In this document: positions 12,814 through 24,800 of the stretch, piece after piece
How positions within the stretch are numbered: the first letter of the stretch is position 1
Layout of the letters: each line of letters begins with the position of its first letter
Assembly (NCBI GenBank): GCA_002633005.1
Contig: NMRA01000870.1
Location: 1 to 64,000 of the forward strand
DNA length: 64,000 nucleotides
Reading direction: 5' to 3'
DNA from: Phoronis australis
Taxonomy: Eukaryota; Animalia; Phoronida
Program-made: the position numbers and the translations under genes
The notes under the pieces: generated by a model
What the model was told of the DNA's origin: nothing
Seen by the model: only the letters and a program-made list of their open reading frames with translations
The model's database searches: none

Positions 12814-12964
12814 CATGGGCGGCGCAGCACTGAAAAAAGTGGGTGGCTATAGCCACCCAGCTCCCCTGTGATGCAGCGCCCACAAACCAAGGGCGGCGTA
12901 GCACTGGAAAATGTGGTGGGGCTATAGAACCCCCCCCCCAGCCCCCTATGTTGCGCCGCCCATG
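12814..12964 (+). mobile_element. MITE family B (CATGGGCGGCGCA termini; internal ~75-bp head-to-tail dimer)
   Basis: TIRs CATGGGCGGCGCA...TGCGCCGCCCATG; same family at 35381-35528 and 57880-57966. Confidence 0.75.
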
Positions 12965-14334
12965 AGTTTCCAAGGTAAAACACATACTACCCAACGACAG
13001 CCACAATGTTGACTCTATGGGTTCACAAGAAATAATTTAAATAAGTACGAGCGGAGAAACAAAAACAATGGATACAAAAATATATAAAAGTAAATAAATA
13101 ATAATAATCGAAGAATAAAGAATAGATAAAAACAAATATATGATACTTTAGTAATAATAAAATTAGTAAATATTATAATCTTTTAGATCTGAATGTATTA
13201 AGACTGCAGAGAGTAATGAAAGAAAGCAATCAATGGGCATAGAATAAACTAATCAGTAGTTCCCAAAATCATGCAAACAATTTACAATAGTTTTCTAAAT
13301 AAGAGATCAATTCATGGAACAGCAAAGACATTAAGGTGCAAATCTCCACTCCATCACTGGTTGACTGGCAGCAGTTTGACGAAAAAAACATCCTTTATTT
13401 CAATTGTGAACATCATCTATCCTAATCAGGGGGAAGCAAAAAAGCATAAGTCACGAATTTTCAATTAACTGTTCCTGCAGCCGCAGGCATTGCAAAAAGC
13501 TCCATTGCGTTTTTACCGACTGAAGCCGTCATATCTTGCCATATTTAATTGTTGCACACACACCCGCTAGACGTCTCTACGGTCCAGGAAACAACAATGG
13601 CCGCCAGTGGCGGTTCAATGGGATTTCGCTCGGTGGTTTGCCTCCGTCTCTACGGTCTCTGGTTGCCGCAAAGGTTTGTCCTACTCCTCTGAGCTTGGTC
13701 TTAGTAGGGCCTTATATAATGCGAATTTATGAGACGAGCCTATATTCAAAAATGTACTGATCTTGGGTTATGTGTTGCTGCTTTTCAGTATCTCATTTTG
13801 CATTTTCACAATTCTCACCAGCGTAGAGATGGTAGTAGGCCAACGTTGGATGCTTTAAATACCTCCATATTCGTATCATTGAATCGACGATTCTAATTCC
13901 TAGCTATATTTCTCGAATTCTAACGAGGAATAACGGAAGTTGTTCAAACATTGTATCATAGGTTTTCTGGGTCGTCTAATCCACTTAGACTCTTTGCGTT
14001 TGGCTCTAATGATTACTTCCACCATTTCTAAGATGGCCACGAAATAGTTGCTTCGTGTAAGAACTTCCGATTCCAGAGACACGCCGCACCCTGAGTTTTT
14101 ATTTTCAAGATGGTTTAACAAATAACTTATTTGGGTCAAAAACATCAGGTTTGCTTGGATTGCAGGATCATTCTCCTCCTAAAAAATGTGCTGTATTTAA
14201 AATAACTCTCTGCAATTAATTCAGTGATCTACTATCCACACTGTCTGTGTCACTTCCAGTTAGTTGTAAATGCTAGTGAATCTATACACAATCAACCAGT
14301 ATTTGCACAACTAATCTCTGTCAACTGAGAATGA

Positions 14335-16340
14335 ATTGCTGCAGCTTAAACCACGGCATCAACCGAGAACAGCAATCCTTACTTCTTGCAAGTACATCTC
14401 TTGGAACTGCAGTTGGTCTTACACGAGCATCTCACTACTTTCAGCAGGTTTTCTGGTGCTGCTGAATGGTCCGTCGTCGTGGGAATGAATTTTCCACCTG
14501 CCAGCATCCATCCCCAATACAGCGAGTCTAGGCCACTGCCACGGAAACTTGACCGCTCTTGCTCTTGATAATATGTCAGGGCAGCATGGAATTTAGCTAC
14601 TGAAGAAAGTTGGTGATAATGACTGTATTTGGAGTGTGGCTAGTCTGACACCTCATCCACAAATCGTCTGTATCTTAAGTCATCCAAATTTCCAGAGCCA
14701 GTACTACCATGAAGCACAGATACAACTCTTACCAGCTTCAAATATGTCTTGCTTCAGCTGCATGTGTCTAGTGAATACTCTTACTAGAGTTTTTACAGAA
14801 TTCTCGATCATGCAGTTTCTTGAAAGGGAGAGCCTTTGCTAATACCGAACAGCTGTAAAGTTATGTTGCAACCACCTATTGCATGCGCAAATGGCAAAAC
14901 TGCGCAAGTTTCGGCACCAAGAGACAACTGTAGTTCCTTGATGTCCCAGACTCTCCTCTTGCTTCTTGTCAAATTTCATGAACATTGGAATTGTTGTGAA
15001 GTAGCATGGTAACACAAAAGAACCAACAAGTCTGTATCGTCTGCAATAAGGGTAGTTGGACATTGTGCTGCGTTCTCTACTGCTGTTTCTACAATTAAAA
15101 CATCTGCGTCACCTTGAGGTTGTACCACTGTGCAACCAGCATTTCCTAGCAAACTTGACAAGAAGTGAATGAATCATTTGTTTTTGCTCTTTGCCAAAAA
15201 TGTTCCTTTTTACTTGATCACCATGTCAACATTAAAGTGAACTTCAGTTCCAACCACCCCACCCAGTCTTCGAACATGAGAGACATCTTTAGTTGATGGT
15301 TCATCTCAGTAACAATCAAAAACAACAGTAGGCTGGGTGCACTTGCTGATGTAATCCACATAAGCTCTACCAAATGACAGAAACGTTGCAACTCTAGGCC
15401 ATGGAATACGGTGAAGGAGAGAACCGGTGTCAATTACATGCATCACCGTGTTTTCTGGAAATTGAAATCCTCCAGTAGTCCCCAATGGACCAGAGTGCAT
15501 CAGCTCATATTGATTTATTGGTGATTCTTGGAAGACCAGATGTATCAAAAAGAGCAGGGGAACCAACACACAGTTCAAACTTTAAAATGCTTGATGAACT
15601 TTCACTGTTGTCTTTTGCAGCTGTCAGGTAAAGTTACTATTAGCAGCATGAACTGATTGACTAGTCATTGCCACAACCTTGTCTTTCTTTCTGAATGTGA
15701 AGTCTTTCACACTTGACCCCTCCATAGACATAGACAAGTGAACCGCCTTCCCCACTTCTCTGGCATTTTCGGCACTGACGCATGTGCCTGCAGTCACACC
15801 AGCGGTGATGTTCTGTAATGTTTCTCTTTAAAATGGGTTACTGTTGTGGAGGAATTCAACAAGGCTGCGGATGTCTTGCCTGGGTACATTCTTTATGCTG
15901 CTGACTTGTTTCACAACTCAAGTTTGTCAAAGTCTGCATGGCACCATTTATACTTCAGCATGCCGGCAAGGAAAGCAGCCACGGTGCACTCTGTGTATCT
16001 CCCATTTCGCAACCTCTAGTTAAACATCCTGTTGTTTTAATACTTTTCATGAGCGTTTGTTCAATTACAAGATAATATCTCATTATGAAAAGCCTGCCCA
16101 GAATCTGTCACTTTGTCTTATGGTGTGTTGGCCATAGACATCTTTGAGTTGCTAGGTCTGTTGCATGTATATGTATGAGGATTTTGCATTAGAGTTGTGA
16201 CCAGCAGCTGCAAAGTAAGGCAGCATTTCAGAAACTGCTTTTAAGTGAAGCTCCAAATCTGACGTTATTTCTGCTTTTAAAAAGTAAAGTCGAAGGATGT
16301 CAGCCATCTTCATATACTGTAGGCAAAGACTTATGATTCT
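14335..16340 (-). pseudogene. AcademX transposase-XPG-Cys8 pseudogene
   Basis: Minus-strand fragments: LQYMKMADIL..KAE...LHLKAVSEMLPYFAAAGHN; HTIRQSDRFWAG..IEQTLMKSIKTTG; VIDTGSLLHRIPW..TVVFD; QGDADVLIVETA...LIADDTDLLVLL; WGW....P...AAPENLLKVVRCSCKTNCSSKRCTCKK*G. Many stops and frameshifts. Confidence 0.8.
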
Positions 16341-16937
16341 ACTTTACAAGGACAAGTCTGATTTATGTGCTTCGATTTTTTATGGATGTCCACAAGACAC
16401 TCCATACATCGTCGCACACAGACGTCATGCCAGCAATAAGATCATCATACCGCTTCAGACCAGCTCTCAAATCATGAAGAATGTTATTGGCATTGATTCT
16501 TCTGACGAACTATTCTCTTTCACTGCAAATTCTGAAGACCTATACTCTGATTCAGTCGTGTTTGAATATACCAATGGCAGTAGGTCGGAAGCCAGAAGTG
16601 AACTCTCGTGAGGGCATTCCACTGTAATCCAAGGTTCAGAATCGGAAGACACTGGCTGGGCATGGGATGCCCCAGAGTATACATCTTTTTATGTGATCAG
16701 TTGGGATGTCTTCGATGTCTGAAGAATCTGTTTCCATATTCTGATGAGCCAAAATTTGTGTACAAGCATTGAACTGCTCTACCTCTTTTTTTTGCGCATT
16801 GAACTTTTAATAATTCCTGAAAATAATTGAACAACAACAATATTTAACATTGTAGTTACCAAGGAACTCACTTTCACTTTACAGGCACGTCACGCGTTAG
16901 AATACATTGCAAGCTTGAAGTGAGTATGCCTGTATAT

Positions 16938-18009
16938 ATTTTTTTTTTTATTTTTTATTCTCCCAGTTCAAAATAAGTAAGGACAAAGGTCTGGGATTCC
17001 CTTGCCTTACTTTACAATTCAATGAAAATAAAGTTTACTAAGTTAAAAATATACGTGAACCGGATTTTGAAATAGATTTAACAAAAGAAAACAAAAACAT
17101 ACAAGACAATATAGTAGTATATGGCTCTGAAAAAAGGAGGGGGGAGAGTATTTTGGAATGATAAAATATCCTTACATTGCTATCAAATTATGCATTAGTG
17201 ACCACCTGTTTGTAAATTTTTCCATTTGTAATTTTTTTGAATAAATATGTTTTTCACTGGAGTAATAACTGTTAATTTCTTTTGTTAATACAAGTAAATT
17301 TGGAGGTTTACCCTTGAGACGTTGCTTATATAAATGGAACTTGCTGAGACACAAGATTAAATTTTGAATTGGCTGGCTTCTACATCTGTTTCCAAAGAAA
17401 ACTGTAAGCACATTTGTACCAAGGGAAATATTAGTTTTGTTTCTAACCCAACCTTCAACATTGTTCCAAAAATTTTGAACAACATCACATTGCCAGTATA
17501 AGTGAAGCAAAGTCTCAGGTTCAGTCTTACAAAACGTACACAAGGGGGAGTTGGTTACCCCAATTTTGACAAGGTAAGAGTTACAGCTAATTATCCTATG
17601 TGACAGTCTAAATTGAAACCAACGAAGTTTCACGTCAAGTGTAAAATTCAGAAAGTAGGCAAATTTCCACCATTCTGTAGTGTCAGGTATTGCAAGTTCT
17701 GCCTGCCACTTCATCTCAGACCTAGGCCGGGCATATTTGTTTAGCACCAAAGTGTTATATATATGTTTTGTTCCCTTCTTGTCTGCAAGTAACAATTTCA
17801 CAAAAATTGGGATAGAGGGTGCGTAGAAGGAAAACTTGTCTCTTTTTGAGATTTTCCATTTTTGACAAACAGCCTCATTGAGCCCATAAAAATTCAAAAA
17901 TATTGGTCTAAAATTGAACTTTTTGCAAAAACCTTCAAAAGATAACAAATATCCATGCTCGTCTAGTAGGTCTGAGATATAATAAACACCCTTTTCAAAC
18001 CATCTTCTC
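16938..18009 (-). mobile_element. 3' end of an L1/Tx1-clade non-LTR retrotransposon with poly(A) tail, truncated by the N at 18010
   Basis: T-run at 16938-16958 is the minus-strand poly(A); uninterrupted ORF2 C-terminus upstream. Confidence 0.8.
17172..18009 (-). CDS. L1/Tx1 ORF2 C-terminal region with zf-RVT zinc-binding domain (partial)
   Basis: RRWFEKGVYYISDLLDEHGYLLSFEGF...KLRWFQFRLSHRIISCNSYLVKIGVTNSPLCTFCKTEPETLLHLYWQC: CxxC..E...H...C motif typical of L1/Tx1 ORF2; no stops over ~278 codons. Confidence 0.8.
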
Positions 18010-20849
18010 NTGAAAATTTAACTAAAGCCTTTTCTGAAAAACACACCAACTTTTATGTTATATAATCTAAAATGTGATTAAAATTCCACATTTAGTATCT
18101 AAATCTTAAAAACAAATTATAGAAACAATCCACTCATTAACCCTGACTGCAGATTGTAAAATGTTTTTGTGTAAATGCGTATCAAGTTACAAACAAAGTT
18201 TGCAGAGCGTAATTGCGGTAAATTGGGGTTTGTGAATTGGCAGCCATTTTGGCGGCCATTTTGTCAGCCATCTTGATTTTTTTCGCAAACCAGTGACCAA
18301 CTGTAAGGTCCAGATATTTTCAATTGTCTAAGATACAAAAGAATTAAACTTTTGCCATTTTCATGGCAAAATATAAAAAGAAATGTTGCAACATGTACCA
18401 AATTGCCGTTTCGGCCGCCATTTTGTCGGCCATATTGGTTTTATTTTATGGAAAATTGGCATCTTTTGATTGGTATGCCTGTTATGAAAAGTATATAATC
18501 AATGACAAACTTAATTGTTTTATTTTTAGCTGTTACATAAGAGTAATATGCCAGAAAACAGTAAACGTCAGTTTTGTCGGCCATTTTTTCCGCCATCTTG
18601 AAAAAGCGACTTCCGCCACTCCGATTTCGGTAGATTTTTTTTCTGACACCAAGGGATGATTGAAGATGCAATTTATGCAAAAAAACCTTCTGTTGCAATT
18701 TTTTCTAGGTTGGGCCCTCTGGAGCCCTAGAATGACTGTGACACGTAACTGGCTCGCAATGTAAAGCTACAGCGAAAACGAAGAGGTAAAAGAAACACGT
18801 CTGAACGTCATCAGAATCCACACTCTAATGACTCGTCATATGTGCGCTCTCATCTCATGTAATCTCGAAGTGAAGTTAGCAGTGAGTTAGCATTCCTAAG
18901 AATCCCAAGTACCTCCCATTTCTGTTTGATCGATAAGACGTTGTGCTACATGTATAGTCAGTGATGACGTATGCTTCAATGGCAGTGAGTTTGCGCACAA
19001 ACTGAGCAGACATCTGATCAGCCAAATAGGTCCAACCCTCCCACTTCCCATATTGAAAAATAAGGAAAACGTTTACATGCGCATTCATAGTATTTAAGCA
19101 ATTATAATCTGTCTGCAACTTGCCGTGTCGGACAGTTTTCGGAGATGACATGACAATAAACAATAGCGAACTTGCAATCCAGTCGGCATAGCGATTACGC
19201 ATTAGTCAGCGCAAAGCCTACTAAGATTGATAGGCGTAACAATCATGACTGATTGACGTGGAAAGTATATAGAACGTTTCAACCGTTTTACTGTTACCAC
19301 AGCATTTTTAGAAATACAAACGTAGCAAAGCGCACATCCCCAAAAATACAAGAGAAAAGTTTCTGTGCTTATCTGTAGGGCTTGTCATGTGAAATGATTC
19401 AAAAATTTTCGTTCTTTGCGAGCAATTTTTGACAGAGTGAAATGGGTCGGCGAGTTCGTTGACTTGTACGCTGTCGGGCAAACACCTGGGAGAACTGTTC
19501 TGTGCCCCCTATTGAGCAAGTTTTGAATAAAATTCGTTGATTTTCAAGTCGCGAAATACTGGGCTGGACAGTAAAAATAATGGACGCGATGATTGGTTTG
19601 TTCAACTCACTATCATAACAGTAACACTGTTTGGTTCGTTTAAGGACATCGACACGTGTTTGAAAACTGGCCAATAGCGTCATTGACATGTCACCGTGTC
19701 AGAAATTATTCGTTTCGTGTCCGAAGGTGACGCGTCCCATAAGGTTGCAAGCTCTCGGATCAAATGAACTCGAGTCTGGAGAAGCAAATATGAGTATCAG
19801 TGGACCTTTGGTAAAGACAAGAGTGAGAAATCCTCTGTCCTCTACTGGGTGTAAGTCTTTTCAAGCATTCCGTGAGTGAGAGTCTCACTTTTGAAAAGTA
19901 CGGCACGCTGCTTGGCAGTCATGTCTTATTGAACCAACTCGCGAATGAGTCATTAGACGGTCTAGGCACTCGCCATTGACTGACGGGTTATTGAGTGAAC
20001 GCAGACGTCAGCTAGCAGTATAGTTACTGCAAAAGTTGCCTGCGAAGTGAGAGCTCGGTAACATTGGCAATCACACACTTAAGTTATATTACATTAGCTG
20101 GTAATTCGAGCTTGCTTTTGTCATATGCACAAGAATAGGGTGAACATTTGGGAGCCCAAACATTGGGATGGAAAGCATCAGGTATACAGTACAGCATTAA
20201 AGTGTGGGGGAATTATTGGAATTCAAAACAACGGTAAATGTGTTCCATTTTACAACACCTTTGAGCAATAAAATAACTTGTCACGCCTACACGTGTCTTG
20301 ATTCAAAGAGATGCACTGCAGTTATACCTCGTTTAATCTTGAAAGGACATTACGACGTTTTCACGTTGTTCCCAACTTGTTCGCATCTATACCCCAACAA
20401 CAAGTTGTGAAGAACACTCCTGTAGCCAACATCTTACACGACTGATTAACTCCATTAACTGGCATTTATGGTTGAAGGGCCAGCTCTCTTTTGTTCGATA
20501 ATTGCTCTAATCTCCAGTAAGGTCATATATAGCCTGAGCGTACGTGTTGTGCTGCTAAAAAATAAAGTTAAGTTATAACATATTTGAACATAAACCAATA
20601 ATATTTATGAAATCCTCAATAAATGGTGAACACGTTTGGTTTTTGAATTACCAAAATCGCACAACTACAGCCGAAGTTACGACTCTTTCCGAATGTGCCA
20701 ATTGGCTCTGGGTTTGACTGCTGTTCACATGCGGTCTGGTAGATAATTGGCTCGCCTGTTGTCATACCAGACAAAAGACTGTGCTTGGCAGTTAACCAAG
20801 AAGCTAGATGACATGCTCAACACACTCTACGTCTGGTAAAGTCATTCAA

Positions 20850-21183
20850 CGGGAAAACGCCGTCATGAAAAAGAACCCGATCCTTGAATAGTTCACGATT
20901 AAAAAACGAAAGAAAATTTGACAGATCTAGTATTAGCGTCGTCAAAACAGCCATCGAAAATGAAGAGGCCTCAAACACCGACTGGCGGTAGCATTAACTT
21001 TTCGGACTTGGGCCCTCANACGGGAAAACGCCGTCATGAAAAAGAACCCGATCCTTGAATAGTTCACGATTAAAAAACGAAAGAAAATTTGACAGCTCTA
21101 GTATTAGCGTCGTCAAAACAGCCATCGAAAATGAAGAGGCCTCAAACACCGACTGGCGGTAGCATTAACTTTTCGGACTTGGG
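20850..21183 (+). repeat. ~165-bp direct duplication across an N (likely assembly overlap artefact)
   Basis: 20850-21012 is repeated almost identically at 21021-21183, separated by the N at 21019. Confidence 0.75.
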
Positions 21184-21843
21184 ATCATCTTTAACTGTCA
21201 CAAACGATCCGTGTTTGAGTTCTTTATTCTTCTTACTGTCTATGCAAGCATGTGGAAGCAATCGTAGCTTGCCACCAAACACAACCAGTTGAACAACTTC
21301 GTCGCAGATATCGATTTGCCTTCAAGCCGGTGCTCCAAGCACGACAGAAATTAAAAGAATTGTTTTTAAGTTTTCTGCAGTGTCCATTTCAAACATACGA
21401 CGAGGTAGTAACGGGAGGAACTCGTTCTGTTGACCACAAGAAGTCTGCATGTGAGTCAACTGTGCAGAGTCTGAAAAATGTCACTTCGTCGTTTCTCAAT
21501 AAATAGACTGAGTATAGTGGGTCAATTTTTAACTTCTATGAACTGTGCAATTATTTTGGGATACTCTTTAACACATGAAAAATGTTCAGTAATCTAAAAT
21601 GATATAGCACCTGGCAATCCATTGACAGTAAACTCATATCTTGCGGCCTGAAATTATCCATGATATTTACATGTACACTATTAACTATCAAATGCTCACT
21701 GCAGTTTTGTGATTCTTAGAAATACTTTTTCCACCAGTATAGAGCAATGGTTGGGTGTTATCCATCTGAACGGACATTGTCCTTAGGATTATTTACTAAA
21801 TTACACCTCTTTTCCGTTTTCACTTCCTTTGTAGATCAGTTAA

Positions 21844-24800
21844 AGGAGAATGTCACCCGATTTAATTAGTCTTTTTTGCAGTCTTAATCGGTCTATATCC
21901 ACATCGCCTCGCATACGGTCGACCTTACATTGCCAAGAGGTGTCGCGTTAGCCAGTGAAGAAGGTGAGAAACGACGCTAGCGACGTCAGTGGTTCATATG
22001 CAGAGTGAATGTCGCTATGTTGCGGTGCATCGTTCCCGCTTGTCCGAACTATGCAGCTGCGAGGAAAGTGGGTGTATCGTTTTTTTTTTACTTCCTCGAG
22101 AGTCCGAAATGCTTAGGAAGTGGCTCATGGTAGTAAAGAATGAAATGTACGCTGTAAATAGCAAGTATGAGGCCGTGAAACATCTCCGGGTCAGTGGCCT
22201 GCAGTCGTCGACAGTGCCTGACGAATGCTGGCTTACCAAATAACTCCATACCTTCCGTTGTGTGAACTTGTTCACGGCGCCTCTCTAGTATTTCTTCATC
22301 ACTGTATTCCTGTTCGAATTGATTGCCTGTAAAACTTAACGATCCACCTGCGAAGTTGGGACTGATGAGCTCTAGCTCGTCCTAAGTCGGGATTGCGAGT
22401 TGCCGTGTTGGCGTTTATTACTGAGCGTTCTGTTTCAAAATGAATTATTCTCACCCTAATCAATATAAAACTGAAACAAAGTCTGTCTCATTAGATGCAA
22501 TTTGTAATGCCTTTGGAGTGTTCGTGAGTGCAAATGATTTGAGAAGCCAGCAATGAATAAATCACCGCGTTACCGGCTTTAGGTGCAACAAAACTAATTG
22601 ACGGGACACCGAGGCCGTGTGAGCTCATGCTAATTTAGTGTTTGCTGGCAAAACTGTTGTGAAACAACTCGATTTCCATCCCCCGGCCAGGGATTAGGGG
22701 AATCCTTATTTACGTTTGCATTACTCAAATAATGATTGTCAATGTACAGCTTCTGCCCTGACGGTGCTATGGCCAAAGCGGAACCTGAATTCTTGGCCCC
22801 CGACGAGTAAGTAGATTTGCAGTTTTGTGGCTAATTCACCAACATAATCACGTGCACATTACTTTGGCTCACTAGTATAGTATTTTCTTGACTGGAAGTT
22901 TAGTTTCCACTGAACTTTGGCTGGTTTATGTTTGTGATGTCTGATCAGTTTCCGAGCCTCTGGCCGGGATAACGGCGGAGTCAACTCCGGCCGGCCGCGA
23001 CGGGCCTGATCGGGCTCCGACCCACTGGCCAGGATAACAAGCGTTTTGTGTTTAGAACTCAAAAAATCACAAGTCTAAACAACACAGATCTAGGTTCTCC
23101 TGTCTGTATCTCACGGAAAATACTTCGAATTTATCTCCCAAACTCCTGCTACGGACCTTATTGGCCTGCCGAACATTGTAGGCTACGGTGTGTCCAAATA
23201 CCAATAAATCCGTAAGAGCGAATTAAAACAACACGTTTTTATAAGAACTCGGTGTATTTTCAAGGGTTTTACATCGAAGTTTGATGATTTATTGGTGTTA
23301 AACGATGACTTCAAGCGATAAGCTGACACCAGTATCCCGTGTTGTGAACTGCTGAACAGACTGCGTGTGAAACCGATGATGTCATTGGATAATTTCAACA
23401 CCTCCGTCTGCCGTCAGGTGTCAGGTAACGCAACCGTACGTGTCGTTATGGTGTAGAACTACTCGATCTAAATTGATACAAATGGGGCTATTCGGAGAAT
23501 TCTCCTCGCGGTGTCGCTGCTGTACTAGTGGTGATTGAATTGCGCATGCGTGGCTGTCTGCATGTTAACAACTGGTAAAAGATGGAATTTTTATCAAAAT
23601 ACGTCGACGCACTAAGCCTTATTACTGCTAAATTCCCTGGTGCAAGTCTTCGACAGGTGGCCACAAATTCCCAAAAGACCTAAGGTTACTATATTCGTGG
23701 ACAATTGCGGTCAACAGGGTCAACTAACGGACAAAAAGTGTGTGGATACTGAAGCCCCGTGTGTGCTCTATGACTATGCAGTTCCATTCGGAGACTACGC
23801 AACATTCGTCATTACTTGGTAAGTTTTTAGCAATCAGTTTCTATCAACATCGTTCGGTGATGTTTTCCCCACCAGTTACCCCACTTAATAGCAGTTTTAT
23901 CGAGTGGAACTAAGTGGTTTTTTTTGGAAACTCACCCGATGCCGGGTAGGCTAGCAGCACATACATGTACGTATAATGTCCTGGGTGAGAGTGCTCCCAA
24001 AATAAGAGTTGTATGGTACGTGATGCACAGAAGTCAAGAGTGACTTTTTCACAGCAGTTTCTCTTCAAAACTATGCTGTTTCCAATAAAATTCTCTAAAT
24101 GAGTGAGTTTCCTTATTTTATCGTGGACCCCACCCCCAGGACCACCAGCTCAGTTATCAAATTAACATGAATAAGCCTTAATTCAGTAAATGTCGTAACA
24201 TTGCATTGGAAAAAAATTGACTCCTAGAATGAATTTTACTTGTTGAGATCAGAAGCACATTTTAAGTGTCATGAAAAATACACATAGTTAAATCACTTTT
24301 AGCCTGTTTCACATATTTTAATTCAGATATTAAATAAGACTTGGGTACAAAGGTTATTAGTTTCTACACATAAACATGAAGATGAAATGTCAAGTATGTT
24401 CTGCCTTACAAAAGTAGTTTTGTCTTGTCTTTTCTTTTACAATTTGCTAATATTTCTATTCTGTTACAGGCAAGAAAAAACAACTGAAACCAACCGCCTG
24501 ACCATCTATTTCACCGTTGGACAAAGTGAAAAGCAATCCTTCAGCAATAACCTGAGAGAATTGAACGTAATTCAGAAATTCAGCACCTGATATGCCTGAT
24601 TATGGACTCCCTCGCAATGTTGTTTCTTTCTGTGCTTTTTCAGTTTGCCATTTGTTTTTAAATACACTGATAATTGTTTATTCTCGAATCTTGTGCATAG
24701 CAGATTCTTATCCAGCTAGCTACAATTGAAAACATACAATAAGACAATCGATGCAGTCACTGAATGTCATTTCCCCATAATCTGTACCAAATTGAAAAGT

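Larger units (their letters stand above)
13702..18729 (-). mobile_element. Decayed AcademX DNA transposon (termini approximate), interrupted by a LINE and an assembly gap
   Basis: Contains the transposase/XPG pseudogene below. Both ends carry TAGGGC-type termini and subterminal GCCATTTTG/GCCATCTTG repeats (14020-14040, 18243-18600). No TSD found. Confidence 0.55.

Noticed and set aside
20850-21183. Biological tandem duplication
   Set aside because: Near-identical copies flank an N, which is typical of unmerged contig overlap.
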